From positions 1-60,039 of the forward strand of contig DATAOD010000069.1 in the NCBI GenBank assembly GCA_036265975.1: a DNA stretch of 60,039 bases, in the 5' to 3' direction. Numbering within the stretch: the first letter of the stretch is position 1; every line of letters begins with the position of its first letter. The position numbers and the translations under genes were made by a program. Under the pieces are notes generated by a model. It saw nothing but the letters and a program-made list of their open reading frames with translations, made no database searches and was not told the DNA's origin. This DNA comes from Candidatus Limnocylindria bacterium. GTDB lineage: Bacteria > Chloroflexota > Limnocylindria > QHBO01. Positions 1-8,534 of the stretch are shown here, one piece after another.

Positions 1-3
1 CCG

Positions 4-720
4 GTGAACGACGTCAGCCTGGCGCTCGCCTTCGCGGCGGGGCTGCTGAGCTTCATCTCCCCGTGCGTGCTGGCGCTGGTGCCGGTCTACCTCGCCTTCC
101 TCAGCGAGAACGCGGCCGTGGTGTCCGGGCCGGATCAGCGCCGGCTGGCGTGGCGCGGGCCGTTGATGGGACAGGCACTGCTTTTCATTGCCGGCTTCAG
201 CGTGCTGTTCATCCTGCTCGGCGTGTCCGTGGGGCTGATCGGCCAGCCGTTGTTCGGCCAGGACCGGCCACTGGTCGGCCAGGTGGCCGGGGCGCTCGTC
301 TTCGCCCTGGGCCTGGTCAGCACCGGCATCTTCGGGCCACTCCTGGAACGGCTCAGCGTACGGCCGCCGCTGGAGCTGCTGCCCGCTGCGCGCAACGCGC
401 GCGCGGTGAGCCTGGGCGTGCTGGTAGCCATCGGCTGGACGCCCTGCATCGGCGCCGTGCTGGGCGCCATCCTGACCATGGGCCTCTCATCGCAGGACGT
501 TGGCGCCGCCGCGCTCCTGCTGACGGCCTACTCGATGGGGTTGGCGGTGCCGTTCCTGCTGGCAGCGGTGGCCCTGCCATCCCTCAAGCCGTTGCTCGAC
601 GCGTTGCGGCGGCACCATCGGGCCGTCCAGCTCCTGTCGGGCGTATTCATCATGGCCATGGGGCTACTGATCTTCTTCAACGTGTTCGCCCGCATGGCCA
701 GCCTGTTCACCTTCCTCTAG
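4..720 (+). CDS. ccdA: Cytochrome c biogenesis / thiol-disulfide transfer membrane protein CcdA (DsbD-core family)
   Basis: 238-aa polytopic membrane ORF. Motifs LSFISPCVLALVPVYL and GWTPCIGAVLG carry the two conserved Cys of the CcdA/DsbD core. GTG start lies 3 nt from the window edge, so the true start could be upstream. Confidence 0.8.
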   Translation: MNDVSLALAFAAGLLSFISPCVLALVPVYLAFLSENAAVVSGPDQRRLAWRGPLMGQALLFIAGFSVLFILLGVSVGLIGQPLFGQDRPLVGQVAGALVFALGLVSTGIFGPLLERLSVRPPLELLPAARNARAVSLGVLVAIGWTPCIGAVLGAILTMGLSSQDVGAAALLLTAYSMGLAVPFLLAAVALPSLKPLLDALRRHHRAVQLLSGVFIMAMGLLIFFNVFARMASLFTFL

Positions 721-732
721 GCGCCGATCGCT

Positions 733-1443
733 CTAGCCCTCCGGCGTCCCGGGAGTGACGGTGGGCTCAGCCTCGCCCTCGAGTACGTAGCGGTAGATGA
801 CCGCGGCGACGATGGCGCCGATCAACGGGCCGACCCACCACACGTACCAGTTGTCCCAATGGCCGGAGGCGAGCGCCGGACCGAACCAGCGCGCCGGATT
901 CATGGCCGCGCCCGTCAACGGGCCGCCCATCAGCACGTCAGCCGCGACCGCCAGGCCGATGGCCATGCCGCCAAGGCGCGGCGCGCGCCGATCCACGGCC
1001 GTGCCGAAGACCGCGAAGACCAGCACCAGGGTCAGCACTGCCTCGATGGCGATCCCCGCCCCGATGCTGATGGCCGGATCAAGCGTGGGCGTGCCCAGGA
1101 ATGAGGCCATTGCCGCCGCCTCCGGCATGACCGCCGCCAGCAGGTAGCCCGCCGCGGCGGCTCCGATCAGCTGCGCCACCACGTACGCGGCGGCGTGCGT
1201 CCACTCGATGCGCCCCGCCAGCCGCACGGCCACCGTCACGGCCGGGTTGAAATGCCCTCCCGAGATGGCGCCGAAGGCCGACACCATGACGGCCAGGGCG
1301 AGGCCGTGGGCAAGGGCGATCCCGATGAGGCCGGGACCGTTCGCCCCAGCGTGCGCGGCGAGGATGACCGATCCCGCACCGACGAAGAAGAAGAGGAAGG
1401 TGCCGACTGCCTCGGCGATCAGGGCCGCGGAAAGCCTGTTCAT
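733..1443 (-). CDS. MIP/aquaporin family channel
   Basis: 236 aa, six hydrophobic segments, two NPA boxes (HFNPAVT and MNPARW) typical of AqpZ/GlpF-type channels. Confidence 0.88.
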   Translation of the reverse strand: MNRLSAALIAEAVGTFLFFFVGAGSVILAAHAGANGPGLIGIALAHGLALAVMVSAFGAISGGHFNPAVTVAVRLAGRIEWTHAAAYVVAQLIGAAAAGYLLAAVMPEAAAMASFLGTPTLDPAISIGAGIAIEAVLTLVLVFAVFGTAVDRRAPRLGGMAIGLAVAADVLMGGPLTGAAMNPARWFGPALASGHWDNWYVWWVGPLIGAIVAAVIYRYVLEGEAEPTVTPGTPEG

Positions 1444-1459
1444 AGGGGCGATTCTAGAG

Positions 1460-1535
1460 TGGCGCCCCCGGAGGGAATCGAACCCCCGACGCAGGCCTTA
1501 GGACGGCCTCGCTCTATCCGCTGAGCTACGGGGGC
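1460..1535 (-). tRNA. tRNA-Arg (anticodon CCT)
   Basis: Reverse complement folds by hand as a 76-nt cloverleaf: acceptor GCCCCCG/CGGGGGC, D stem GCTC/GAGC, anticodon stem AGGCC/GGCCT with loop GTCCTAA, T arm GGGGG-TTCGATT-CCCTC, encoded CCA. Confidence 0.9.
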
Positions 1536-1576
1536 GGCGCTGCGGCAATCGTACCCGGCCTGCCTATCATCGGCGC

Positions 1577-1810
1577 GTGAGCAGGCTGATTCTGTACGAG
1601 CGCGAAGGTTGTCACCTGTGCGACGAGGCGCGGGCCATGCTCGACGAGCTCATCGGCGCAGATACCTATGCACGGGTCGACGTCGACGCCGATGACGACC
1701 TCGTGCTGCGCTATGGCTTCCGGCTGCCGGTGATCGCGCTCGACGGGGTGGACCGCCTGGAGGCGCCGATCACCGGGCCGGACCTGCGGGACCTGCTGGG
1801 CGAGCTCTAG
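1577..1810 (+). CDS. Glutaredoxin-like thioredoxin-fold protein (DUF836-type)
   Basis: 77 aa with N-terminal CHLC redox motif, followed by LPVI...DG as in small glutaredoxin-family proteins. GTG start. Confidence 0.7.
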   Translation: MSRLILYEREGCHLCDEARAMLDELIGADTYARVDVDADDDLVLRYGFRLPVIALDGVDRLEAPITGPDLRDLLGEL

Positions 1811-2268
1811 CTGCTCACCACGTACAGCGTGCCGTTCATGACCTCGGGGTGAACCTGGCAGTCGAAGTAGTACTGCCCGGCATCCTGGGCGTCGACCTTG
1901 TAGTCGATTACATCGCCCTTGTTGGGGAGGATGTCGCCCTTCATGATCACGGTGCTCTTGGTGGTGTCCGTGTAGACGGCCACGTTGTGCGGCATCGCGT
2001 CGTCGTTGGTGAAGTGGATGGTGAATGCCTCACCGGCGTTGGCGACCAGGCACGGAGCGCTGAACTTCGTGTCCTTGGCAGACAGCGTGATCACGCCGCT
2101 GGCGACCTTGGCGCAGTCGGCGGGCGGCTGCCCGCCGGATGGCAGCGGGGTGATTGAAGCGCCGCCTGAGCAGGCGCTGAGCAGGATCGCCAGGACGCCG
2201 GCGGACAGTGCCAGCGGGCGGCGGAATGCAAACGGAATCAAGGGTGTCGAACCTCGTTCGGGGGCCAT
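1807..2268 (-). CDS. Cupredoxin (plastocyanin/azurin-like blue copper) lipoprotein
   Basis: Lipobox LLSAC after a signal peptide. Type-1 Cu ligand pattern: His in MPHNVAV, then C-x2-H-x4-M in DCQVHPEVM. Start trimmed to the ATG at 2268. Confidence 0.75.
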   Translation of the reverse strand: MAPERGSTPLIPFAFRRPLALSAGVLAILLSACSGGASITPLPSGGQPPADCAKVASGVITLSAKDTKFSAPCLVANAGEAFTIHFTNDDAMPHNVAVYTDTTKSTVIMKGDILPNKGDVIDYKVDAQDAGQYYFDCQVHPEVMNGTLYVVSS

Positions 2269-2325
2269 GTAGGGCCCCTCAATGATAGGGGCGCCGCGTG
2301 CGGCGACCAAATCGCGCCCTTGGCG

Positions 2326-3222
2326 TCAGGCCCCGCGGGCGCGAAAGCTCCCCTTCTCGGTAGGCTCGATCTGCACCGGCAGGTCACCCGGGTCGTGGGT
2401 GAAGTAGCACCACCAGCCCTCTTCGGCGGCGCGATGCACGAGCTCGTTGCGAACCTCGACGGCTTCGATCGGATAGTCGTCGAAGGCGCTGGTCCAGCGC
2501 ACCGGGATCTGCCAGCGCGTCGGGATCAGGTCGCCCCAGAAGACGGCTCGCTCGTGCGGATCATCGGCCCGTCCGCCTGCCTCCCGTGAGCCGATGAGCA
2601 GCGCCTGCGAGCCACGCGTGTGCCCTCCCGTGCGCAGCACGCGCACACCCGGCACCATCTCCACCTCGCCCGATACCTCCGCCAGCTGTCCGGCCGCCCG
2701 CACCAGCTCCAGCTGCTGACCCTCCATCAGGCCCGCCAGGCGCAGCTCGTCGCCGTGCGCGGCCTCGGATTCCTCGCGCTGCACGAGGTAGCGCGCATTC
2801 GGAAAATTGGGGCGGCCGTTGGCGTCCACCAGTCCTCCGGCGTGGTCGTAATGCAGGTGGCTGACCACCACGAAATCGAGGCTGGCCGGGTCTTCCCCCA
2901 CCGCCCGGAGGGCCTCTGCCGGGTCGCCACCCTCGACGCCCTTGATGTCGCGGTCCTTGTCACTCATCCGCACGCCGGTGCCCGTCTCGACCAGGACGCG
3001 CTTCCCGGCCGACTCGATGAGCAGCAGGTTGAGGCGCATCAGGAGGCGCCCGCGCTCATCGGTCTCCACGCCGAAGCGCTGCCACAGGGGGCGTGGCACG
3101 ACGCCGAAGAAGCCCCCGGCATCGGGCCGGAACCAGCCGGCGCGGACCACGCGGACCCGCACGCCGCCAGCGAACTCTCGGGCCTGGTCCTGTGGGGTGA
3201 TGTGGTAGAGGGGTTCCGGCAC
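2326..3222 (-). CDS. MBL-fold metallo-hydrolase
   Basis: HxHxDH motif (VVSHLHYDHAGG) and a downstream His/Asp pattern. ORF track extends to 3351, but that part overlaps dcd. Trimmed to the GTG at 3222 before VPEPLYHI. Confidence 0.78.
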   Translation of the reverse strand: MPEPLYHITPQDQAREFAGGVRVRVVRAGWFRPDAGGFFGVVPRPLWQRFGVETDERGRLLMRLNLLLIESAGKRVLVETGTGVRMSDKDRDIKGVEGGDPAEALRAVGEDPASLDFVVVSHLHYDHAGGLVDANGRPNFPNARYLVQREESEAAHGDELRLAGLMEGQQLELVRAAGQLAEVSGEVEMVPGVRVLRTGGHTRGSQALLIGSREAGGRADDPHERAVFWGDLIPTRWQIPVRWTSAFDDYPIEAVEVRNELVHRAAEEGWWCYFTHDPGDLPVQIEPTEKGSFRARGA

Positions 3223-3253
3223 GCGCGAGGCTCCGGTTCGGGGCGGGACGCGG

Positions 3254-3835
3254 TCAGCGGCGAATGCGGCCGCGCTCGAAGTCCCGATGGTACAGGCTGG
3301 CCGTCGGGTCACGTTGGCCGCGATACTTGCTGCCGATGCGCGAATCCCCATAGCCGTACTCGACCGGCGAGGTCAGGCGCTGGAAGCTGATCTGCCCGAT
3401 CTTCATGCCGTCGTACAGCGTGATCGGCAGGTTGGCCACGTTGCTGAGCTCCAGGGTGAGATTACCTTCCCATCCCGGATCCACGTACCCCGCGGTTGAG
3501 TGAATGAGCAGCCCCAGCCTGCCCAAAGAGCTTTTGCCCTCCAGGCGGGCAACCAGGTCGTTCGGCAGCTCCACGCGCTCCAGGGTGGAGCCCAGGACGA
3601 ACTCGCCGGGGTGCAGGATGAAGGGATCGTCGCCGGCGATCTCGACCAGCTCCGTGAGCTCCGGCTGCTCCTCGCGCACGTCGATGTACGGGTAGCGGCT
3701 GTTACGGAAGACGCGGAACCGATGATCAAGGTGCAGGTCCACGCTCGACGGCTGCACGGCCTCCGGCACGTACGGATCGATCACGATCCGGCCGGCCTCG
3801 ACCTCCGCCCGGATGTCGCGGTCTGACAGGACCAC
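3254..3835 (-). CDS. dcd: dCTP deaminase
   Basis: 193 aa beginning VVLSDRDI. Motifs [17 protein letters not shown] and [11 protein letters not shown] are typical of Dcd. GTG start sits 3 nt after the nrdR stop. The 322-aa track ORF is an upstream extension overlapping nrdR. Confidence 0.9.
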   Translation of the reverse strand: MVLSDRDIRAEVEAGRIVIDPYVPEAVQPSSVDLHLDHRFRVFRNSRYPYIDVREEQPELTELVEIAGDDPFILHPGEFVLGSTLERVELPNDLVARLEGKSSLGRLGLLIHSTAGYVDPGWEGNLTLELSNVANLPITLYDGMKIGQISFQRLTSPVEYGYGDSRIGSKYRGQRDPTASLYHRDFERGRIRR

Positions 3836-3837
3836 GC

Positions 3838-4311
3838 CTACTCCTCGCCCGGCGTGACGCGTTCGCGCATGAGCCGATCGACCTCGCGCTTGAGCGTCCC
3901 GATGTCCTCGTAGCTGTGATACACCGACGCGAAGCGGATGTAGGCCAGCTGGTCGATGTCCCTGAGCGCCTCGGTGGCCAGCCGCCCGATCTCCTTGGCG
4001 GTGACCTCCTGCTCGCCGCGCGCGCGGACCGAGCTCTCGATGTCGTCCACGGCCTGCTCGGCCCGCGCGATGGTCACCGGCCGCTTCTCCAGCGCACGCA
4101 GCAGCCCGCCGAGCAGCTTGGTGCGGTCGAAGTCCTGTCGCGAGCCGTCGCGCTTGATGACGCTCAGGCGCGCGCCCTCGGGGCGCTCGTACGTCGTGAA
4201 CCGATACGAGCAGGCCTCGCACTCGCGCCGGCGCCGGATGGTGCTCCCCGATTCCAGGTCCCGCGAGTCGATGACCCGGGTTCCGTCAGTGCTGCAGCGT
4301 GGACAGCGCAT
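3838..4311 (-). CDS. nrdR: Transcriptional repressor NrdR
   Basis: Starts [17 protein letters not shown]....CEAC (zinc ribbon), followed by an ATP-cone ([16 protein letters not shown]). ATG at 4311 is preceded by GGGGAG. Confidence 0.92.
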   Translation of the reverse strand: MRCPRCSTDGTRVIDSRDLESGSTIRRRRECEACSYRFTTYERPEGARLSVIKRDGSRQDFDRTKLLGGLLRALEKRPVTIARAEQAVDDIESSVRARGEQEVTAKEIGRLATEALRDIDQLAYIRFASVYHSYEDIGTLKREVDRLMRERVTPGEE

Positions 4312-4337
4312 AGGCGTTCTACTCCCCGGTGCGGCGT

Positions 4338-4383
4338 ACACAAGGTGTGGTACCGGCGGCCAGCATACCACAACATCTGGTGG
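4338..4383 (-). promoter_or_regulatory. Candidate tandem NrdR boxes in the nrdR-dcd promoter region
   Basis: CCACAACATCTGGTGG (4368-4383) matches 12 of 16 positions of the published NrdR-box palindrome (roughly acaCwAtATaTwGtgt). A weaker box ACACAAGGTGTGGTAC lies at 4338-4353, centres 30 bp apart. A TATGCT -10-like hexamer on the minus strand lies between them. Confidence 0.4.
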
Positions 4384-4428
4384 TCCAACTGCCTGACCAA
4401 CTGTCGCCGACGCCGGGACAGACGAAGG

Positions 4429-5034
4429 TCAACGCGAACGCGGAGGAGCCGGCGTATCGCGGTGCAGGCGGGTAGTGACGCTGACCTCGGCGCGCTTGCC
4501 GGGCTCCCAGGCCAGCAGCACTTCAACGACCTCCTGCATCCGCATGCGGGCATTGACGATGTTGGCGTGGGCGCGCTTCCAGTAGTTGAACGGCTCCTCG
4601 TCATCGGGAGGCCGGTGCGGCAGCCGGGTGATGGCGCACCCGCGCTCGGCAGTGACGATGCCGCGCAGAGCCCGCTCGAGATTGGCCTCGTACTCCATGT
4701 GCAGCCCGTGAAGCTCCTCAGGCGCGAGCATGTCCTCCACTGATTCCGCGCGCTGGTCGAGCTCGTCCTCCTCGGCCTGCAGCAGGCTGACGGCCTCCTC
4801 AGGGTCCACGGCCCGGCGGCGGAGGGCATCAATCGTGTCAGCGGCGCTCTCCAGGCGCTCATCGATGCTGGCCGTGTTCGTCGCCAGCTGATCGCGGTAC
4901 TGGCGCAGCTCCTTGCCGTGTCCAAGCGGCCGCCGGCGAGCCCCGCCGCGACCCATCAGGAACGTGGCGGGCAGCGCGAACGCCGTCAGCGCCGGGATGA
5001 GCAGAACCACCGGCAGCCGGTCGCGGATATGCAT
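4429..5034 (-). CDS. Hypothetical membrane-anchored helical protein
   Basis: 201 aa: one N-terminal TM (LPVVLLIPALTAFALPATFL), a basic patch, then an acidic helical region. ATG lies 5 nt after the etfA stop with an AGGAG just upstream. No family recognised. Confidence 0.6.
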   Translation of the reverse strand: MHIRDRLPVVLLIPALTAFALPATFLMGRGGARRRPLGHGKELRQYRDQLATNTASIDERLESAADTIDALRRRAVDPEEAVSLLQAEEDELDQRAESVEDMLAPEELHGLHMEYEANLERALRGIVTAERGCAITRLPHRPPDDEEPFNYWKRAHANIVNARMRMQEVVEVLLAWEPGKRAEVSVTTRLHRDTPAPPRSR

Positions 5035-5039
5035 CGCTC

Positions 5040-6023
5040 CTATCTTCCCTTGCGACGCCTGATCTCGTCAGTGAGCTTCGGCACGATGGCGAACAGGTCG
5101 CCCACGACGAAGAGGTCGGCGAACTCGCCGATAGGCGCATCGGGGTCCTTGTTGATGGCCACCACGCTCTCCGCGGTCTGCATGCCGACCCGATGCTGGA
5201 TCGCGCCCGAGATGCCGATGCCCACGTACAGCGCCGGCTTCACGATTTTGCCGGTCTGCCCGATCTGCAGCTGGTACGGCACCCAGCCGGCGTCGGCGGC
5301 GGCGCGGCTGGCGCCGACGGCGCCGCCCAGCGCATCGGCCAGGTCCTGCAGCGGCTTGAAGCCCTCCTCGCTGCCGACGCCGCGACCGCCAGCCACGATG
5401 ACCGAGGCCTCCTCGAGATTCGCGACCGTCGCCTCTGCCGGATGCGACTCGACGGTCCTGGCCTTGCCGAATGCGCCGGCGTCGGCGGATGGAGCGTCGC
5501 TGACCTCGGCGGTGCCGCTCCCCCCCTCGAGTGGCGTGAACGTGTTCGCCAGCACCAGCACCACGGCCGGCGACGGAGCGCCGTCCACGGGCTCGCTGAC
5601 GGTGATGACGGATCCCTGCAGCGTGGCCTGCTCGCTTCGGACCTTGCCGCCCTCGACGCTCACGGCGCGTACCGGCCCGAAGGCGGGCAGCCCCAGCAGG
5701 CCGACAAGGGCGGCCGAAAGATCGCGGCCGTTCGGCGCGGCGGGCGCCAGCACTGCCAGTGGCGCTGCGTCCTTCACGGCGGCGGCGAGGGCGGACGCAA
5801 AGGTGATGGCTGGCGCATCAGCGTCGCCCAGGACGACGGCGCGGGCCGCGCCAGCGGCCCCCAGGCCCGCCGCGCCGGTTCTTGCACCGGCACCGTACCC
5901 GAGCGCGAGGGCGGCTCCTCCGCTGGCCCTTGCCAGCTCCGCCGCGCCGGCCGCCAGCTCCAGGGCGCTGCGTGATGGCTCTCCATCCGCGAACTCGGCG
6001 AGGAAGGCGATGTCGTTGCTCAT
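5040..6023 (-). CDS. etfA: Electron transfer flavoprotein alpha subunit
   Basis: C-terminal FAD-binding signature YVGIGISGAIQHRVGMQTAESVVAINKDPDAPI. Follows etfB. Confidence 0.9.
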   Translation of the reverse strand: MSNDIAFLAEFADGEPSRSALELAAGAAELARASGGAALALGYGAGARTGAAGLGAAGAARAVVLGDADAPAITFASALAAAVKDAAPLAVLAPAAPNGRDLSAALVGLLGLPAFGPVRAVSVEGGKVRSEQATLQGSVITVSEPVDGAPSPAVVLVLANTFTPLEGGSGTAEVSDAPSADAGAFGKARTVESHPAEATVANLEEASVIVAGGRGVGSEEGFKPLQDLADALGGAVGASRAAADAGWVPYQLQIGQTGKIVKPALYVGIGISGAIQHRVGMQTAESVVAINKDPDAPIGEFADLFVVGDLFAIVPKLTDEIRRRKGR

Positions 6024-6039
6024 GAAGTTCCCTCCTCTC

Positions 6040-6822
6040 TCAGATCAGCTTGCGGGCGGCGAGCCAGTCGGCGATCTTCGTCGCCGCCTCGTCCGGTGCC
6101 ACGTTTTCGATCCGCTCGGTCGGCGGCTTCTCCTCCGGTGGCCGCGCCTCGACCACGCGCGTCAGCGCGGCTCCGTGCAGCTCGCCGGCATCGAGCCCGA
6201 GGTCGGCCAGCGACCACGTCTCGAGCGGCTTGCGCTTCGCGGCCATGATGCCCTTCAGGCTGGCGTAGCGAGGCTCGCCGACCTGATCGGTCACGCTGGC
6301 CACCACGGGAAGCGGCGCCTCGACCACGTCGAATCCGGTGGCCGTCAGGCGGCGGACACGAGCCGCTCCATCGGCCAGGCTCAGCTCTGACCCGTAGGAC
6401 AGCAGCGGCAGGCCGCGGATGGCGGCCACCGCGCCGGGCACCAGCGATCCGCGCGCGTCATCGGATGCCATGCCCATCAGCGCCACGTCGGGCGCCAGCT
6501 TGTCCAGGGCGGCCGCCAGGACCCGCGCCGTCGCCCACTCGTCCGCGCCGGCAAGGGCATCATCGGTCACCAGGTAGGCCTCGTCGCCACCCATTGCCAG
6601 CGCTCGGCGCAGTGCCTCCGCCGCGGACTCAGGCCCCATGGACAGGTAGGCAACCGAATCCACGGCGCCGGACTCGGCGAGCCGCAGCGCCTGCTCGATG
6701 GCGTACTCGTCCAGCGGATTGATGATGGTTTCGGCGGCAGCGCGGTCCAGCCGCAGGTCGGCGGTGTAGCGCTTCTCCGCGGTGGTGGCGGGCACCTGCT
6801 TGACGGTGACGACGATCTTCAC
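6040..6822 (-). CDS. etfB: Electron transfer flavoprotein beta subunit
   Basis: MKIVVTVKQVP start and INPLDEYAIEQALRL motif typical of EtfB. 16 nt upstream of etfA. Confidence 0.9.
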   Translation of the reverse strand: MKIVVTVKQVPATTAEKRYTADLRLDRAAAETIINPLDEYAIEQALRLAESGAVDSVAYLSMGPESAAEALRRALAMGGDEAYLVTDDALAGADEWATARVLAAALDKLAPDVALMGMASDDARGSLVPGAVAAIRGLPLLSYGSELSLADGAARVRRLTATGFDVVEAPLPVVASVTDQVGEPRYASLKGIMAAKRKPLETWSLADLGLDAGELHGAALTRVVEARPPEEKPPTERIENVAPDEAATKIADWLAARKLI

Positions 6823-6840
6823 GCTGGCTCTTGCTCTCCT

Positions 6841-8034
6841 CTATCGCTTGCCCGATGCGGCCACGCCCGCTCGCCTGAGCAGCTGGCGCGCCACGATCAG
6901 CCGCTGGATCTGCTGCGTGCCCTCGTAGAGCTGCGTGATCTTCGCGTCACGCATCATTCGCTCCACCGGGTACTCGGTGATGTAGCCGTAGCCGCCCAGG
7001 ATCTGCACCGCGTCGGTGGTCACCCGCATGGCGGTGTCCCCGGCCACCAGCTTCGCCGATGAGGTCCAGTACGGCAGGTCCGATGTATTGGCATCCACCC
7101 GGGCCGCGGCGGCATAGGTCAGGGCACGTGCCGCCTCGGTCTGGCTGGCCATGTCGGCCAGCATGAACTGGATGCCCTCGAAGTCGATGACGCGCTGGTC
7201 GAACTGCCGGCGATCAGCGGCGTAGCTGGTCGACTGGTCGAGCGCGCCCTGCGCGATGCCCACCGCCTGCGCCGCGATGCTCAGCCGCGAGCGATCGAGC
7301 GTGCTCATGGCGATCTTGAAGCCGTCGCCCTCGTCGCCCAGCCGGTTCTCGACCGGGACGCGCACGTCGTCGAAGGTCAGCTCCGCCGTTGGTGAGCCGC
7401 GGATGCCCATCTTGTGCTCCACGCGCGGCGCCGCGAAGCCAGGCGTCTCCGTCTCCACGATGAACGCGCTCATGCCCCGTCGGCCACCGGCATCCGGGTC
7501 GGTCAGGGCGAAGACGGTCAGCACGTTGGCCACGCTGCCGTGGGTGATGAAGCGCTTGCTGCCGTTCAGCACGTAGCAGTCAGCGTCCAGGTGAGCTCGC
7601 ATGCGGTTGCTGGCCACGTCGCTGCCCGCGGCCGCCTCGGTCAGGGCGAAGGCGATGAGCCACTCTCCGGAAGCGAGCCGCGGGATGTAGCGGTCCTTCT
7701 GCTCGTCGGTGCCGGCCAGCAGGATCGGCAGCGCGCCCAGCTTCTGCACGATCGGGATGAGGCTGGTCGTCGCATCGACCCGCGCCACCTCCTCGGCCAG
7801 GATGCATTGCCCGATGGTGTCCAGGTTCGTCCCGCCGTGCTTCTCCTCGAACCCCGTCCCCAGCAGGTCCTGCTGGGCGAGCAGCTCCTTGAGATCCCAG
7901 GGAAACTCCGCCTTGGCGTCAATCTCGGCCGCCCGGGGCGCAATGCGCTCCTCCGCAAGCTCGCGCACCACGGCGCGCAGCTCATCGTGCTCGGCGGTCG
8001 GAAGGTAGGTCACGCGGTCCTCATCAATGGGCAT
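6841..8034 (-). CDS. Acyl-CoA dehydrogenase
   Basis: ACAD motifs (LTEAAAGSD, GDGFKIAMSTLDRSR, QILGGYGYITEYPVERMMRDAKITQLYEGTQQIQ). Trimmed to the ATG at 8034 (MPIDEDRV). The upstream 57 codons of the track ORF look non-coding. Confidence 0.9.
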   Translation of the reverse strand: MPIDEDRVTYLPTAEHDELRAVVRELAEERIAPRAAEIDAKAEFPWDLKELLAQQDLLGTGFEEKHGGTNLDTIGQCILAEEVARVDATTSLIPIVQKLGALPILLAGTDEQKDRYIPRLASGEWLIAFALTEAAAGSDVASNRMRAHLDADCYVLNGSKRFITHGSVANVLTVFALTDPDAGGRRGMSAFIVETETPGFAAPRVEHKMGIRGSPTAELTFDDVRVPVENRLGDEGDGFKIAMSTLDRSRLSIAAQAVGIAQGALDQSTSYAADRRQFDQRVIDFEGIQFMLADMASQTEAARALTYAAAARVDANTSDLPYWTSSAKLVAGDTAMRVTTDAVQILGGYGYITEYPVERMMRDAKITQLYEGTQQIQRLIVARQLLRRAGVAASGKR

Positions 8035-8282
8035 TCGGTGCGGGCGTGGCCCCCAGAGCATACCGAATCGCGTCGCGAGGCCGGCATGCGACGCCAGGCG
8101 AAGCTCGCGATGGCTCCCGGCTGAGCCCGGAGAGGCTGGTGCGGGCAAGGATAGCGAGTGGGGAGTTGCGTTCCGGGCGTGTCGCGTGTTCGATATGCGG
8201 CACACTGCCCGGATCAGCAGAATCCGGCGTCCGCTCGACCACGAGCTGAGACGGCTTCGCGAATGACCATGGAGACTGACAG

Positions 8283-8534
8283 GTGCCGTTGTTCCTCGAC
8301 ACTCACAAGTACGTTCCCGGCCTCACTGCGGAGGGCGTCGCGGCTGCTCACGCGCGTGACCTCGAAGTGCAGGGCAAGCACGGCGTGAGCTATCTGCGCT
8401 ATTGGTTCGACGAGGCCACGGGCAAGGTCTACTGCCTGGCCGAGGCACCGAGCGCCGATGCCTGCACCGAAGTCCATCGCGAGGCGCATGGCCTTCTGGC
8501 CGATGAGGTAACCGAGGTCAGGGAAGGAGCCTAG
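8283..8534 (+). CDS. DUF4242 family small protein
   Basis: 83 aa: MPLFLDTHK...LRYWFDEATGKVYCLAEAP...VHREAHGLLADEV matches the DUF4242 pattern as I recall it. GTG start. 3' end overlaps the convergent cyclase gene by 17 nt. Confidence 0.7.
   Translation: MPLFLDTHKYVPGLTAEGVAAAHARDLEVQGKHGVSYLRYWFDEATGKVYCLAEAPSADACTEVHREAHGLLADEVTEVREGA

Noticed and set aside
4918-6390. 490-aa plus-strand ORF covering etfA/etfB
   Set aside because: It is antisense to two genes with clear family motifs. Its composition is extreme Ala/Arg/Ser/Pro, typical of shadow ORFs in high-GC DNA.
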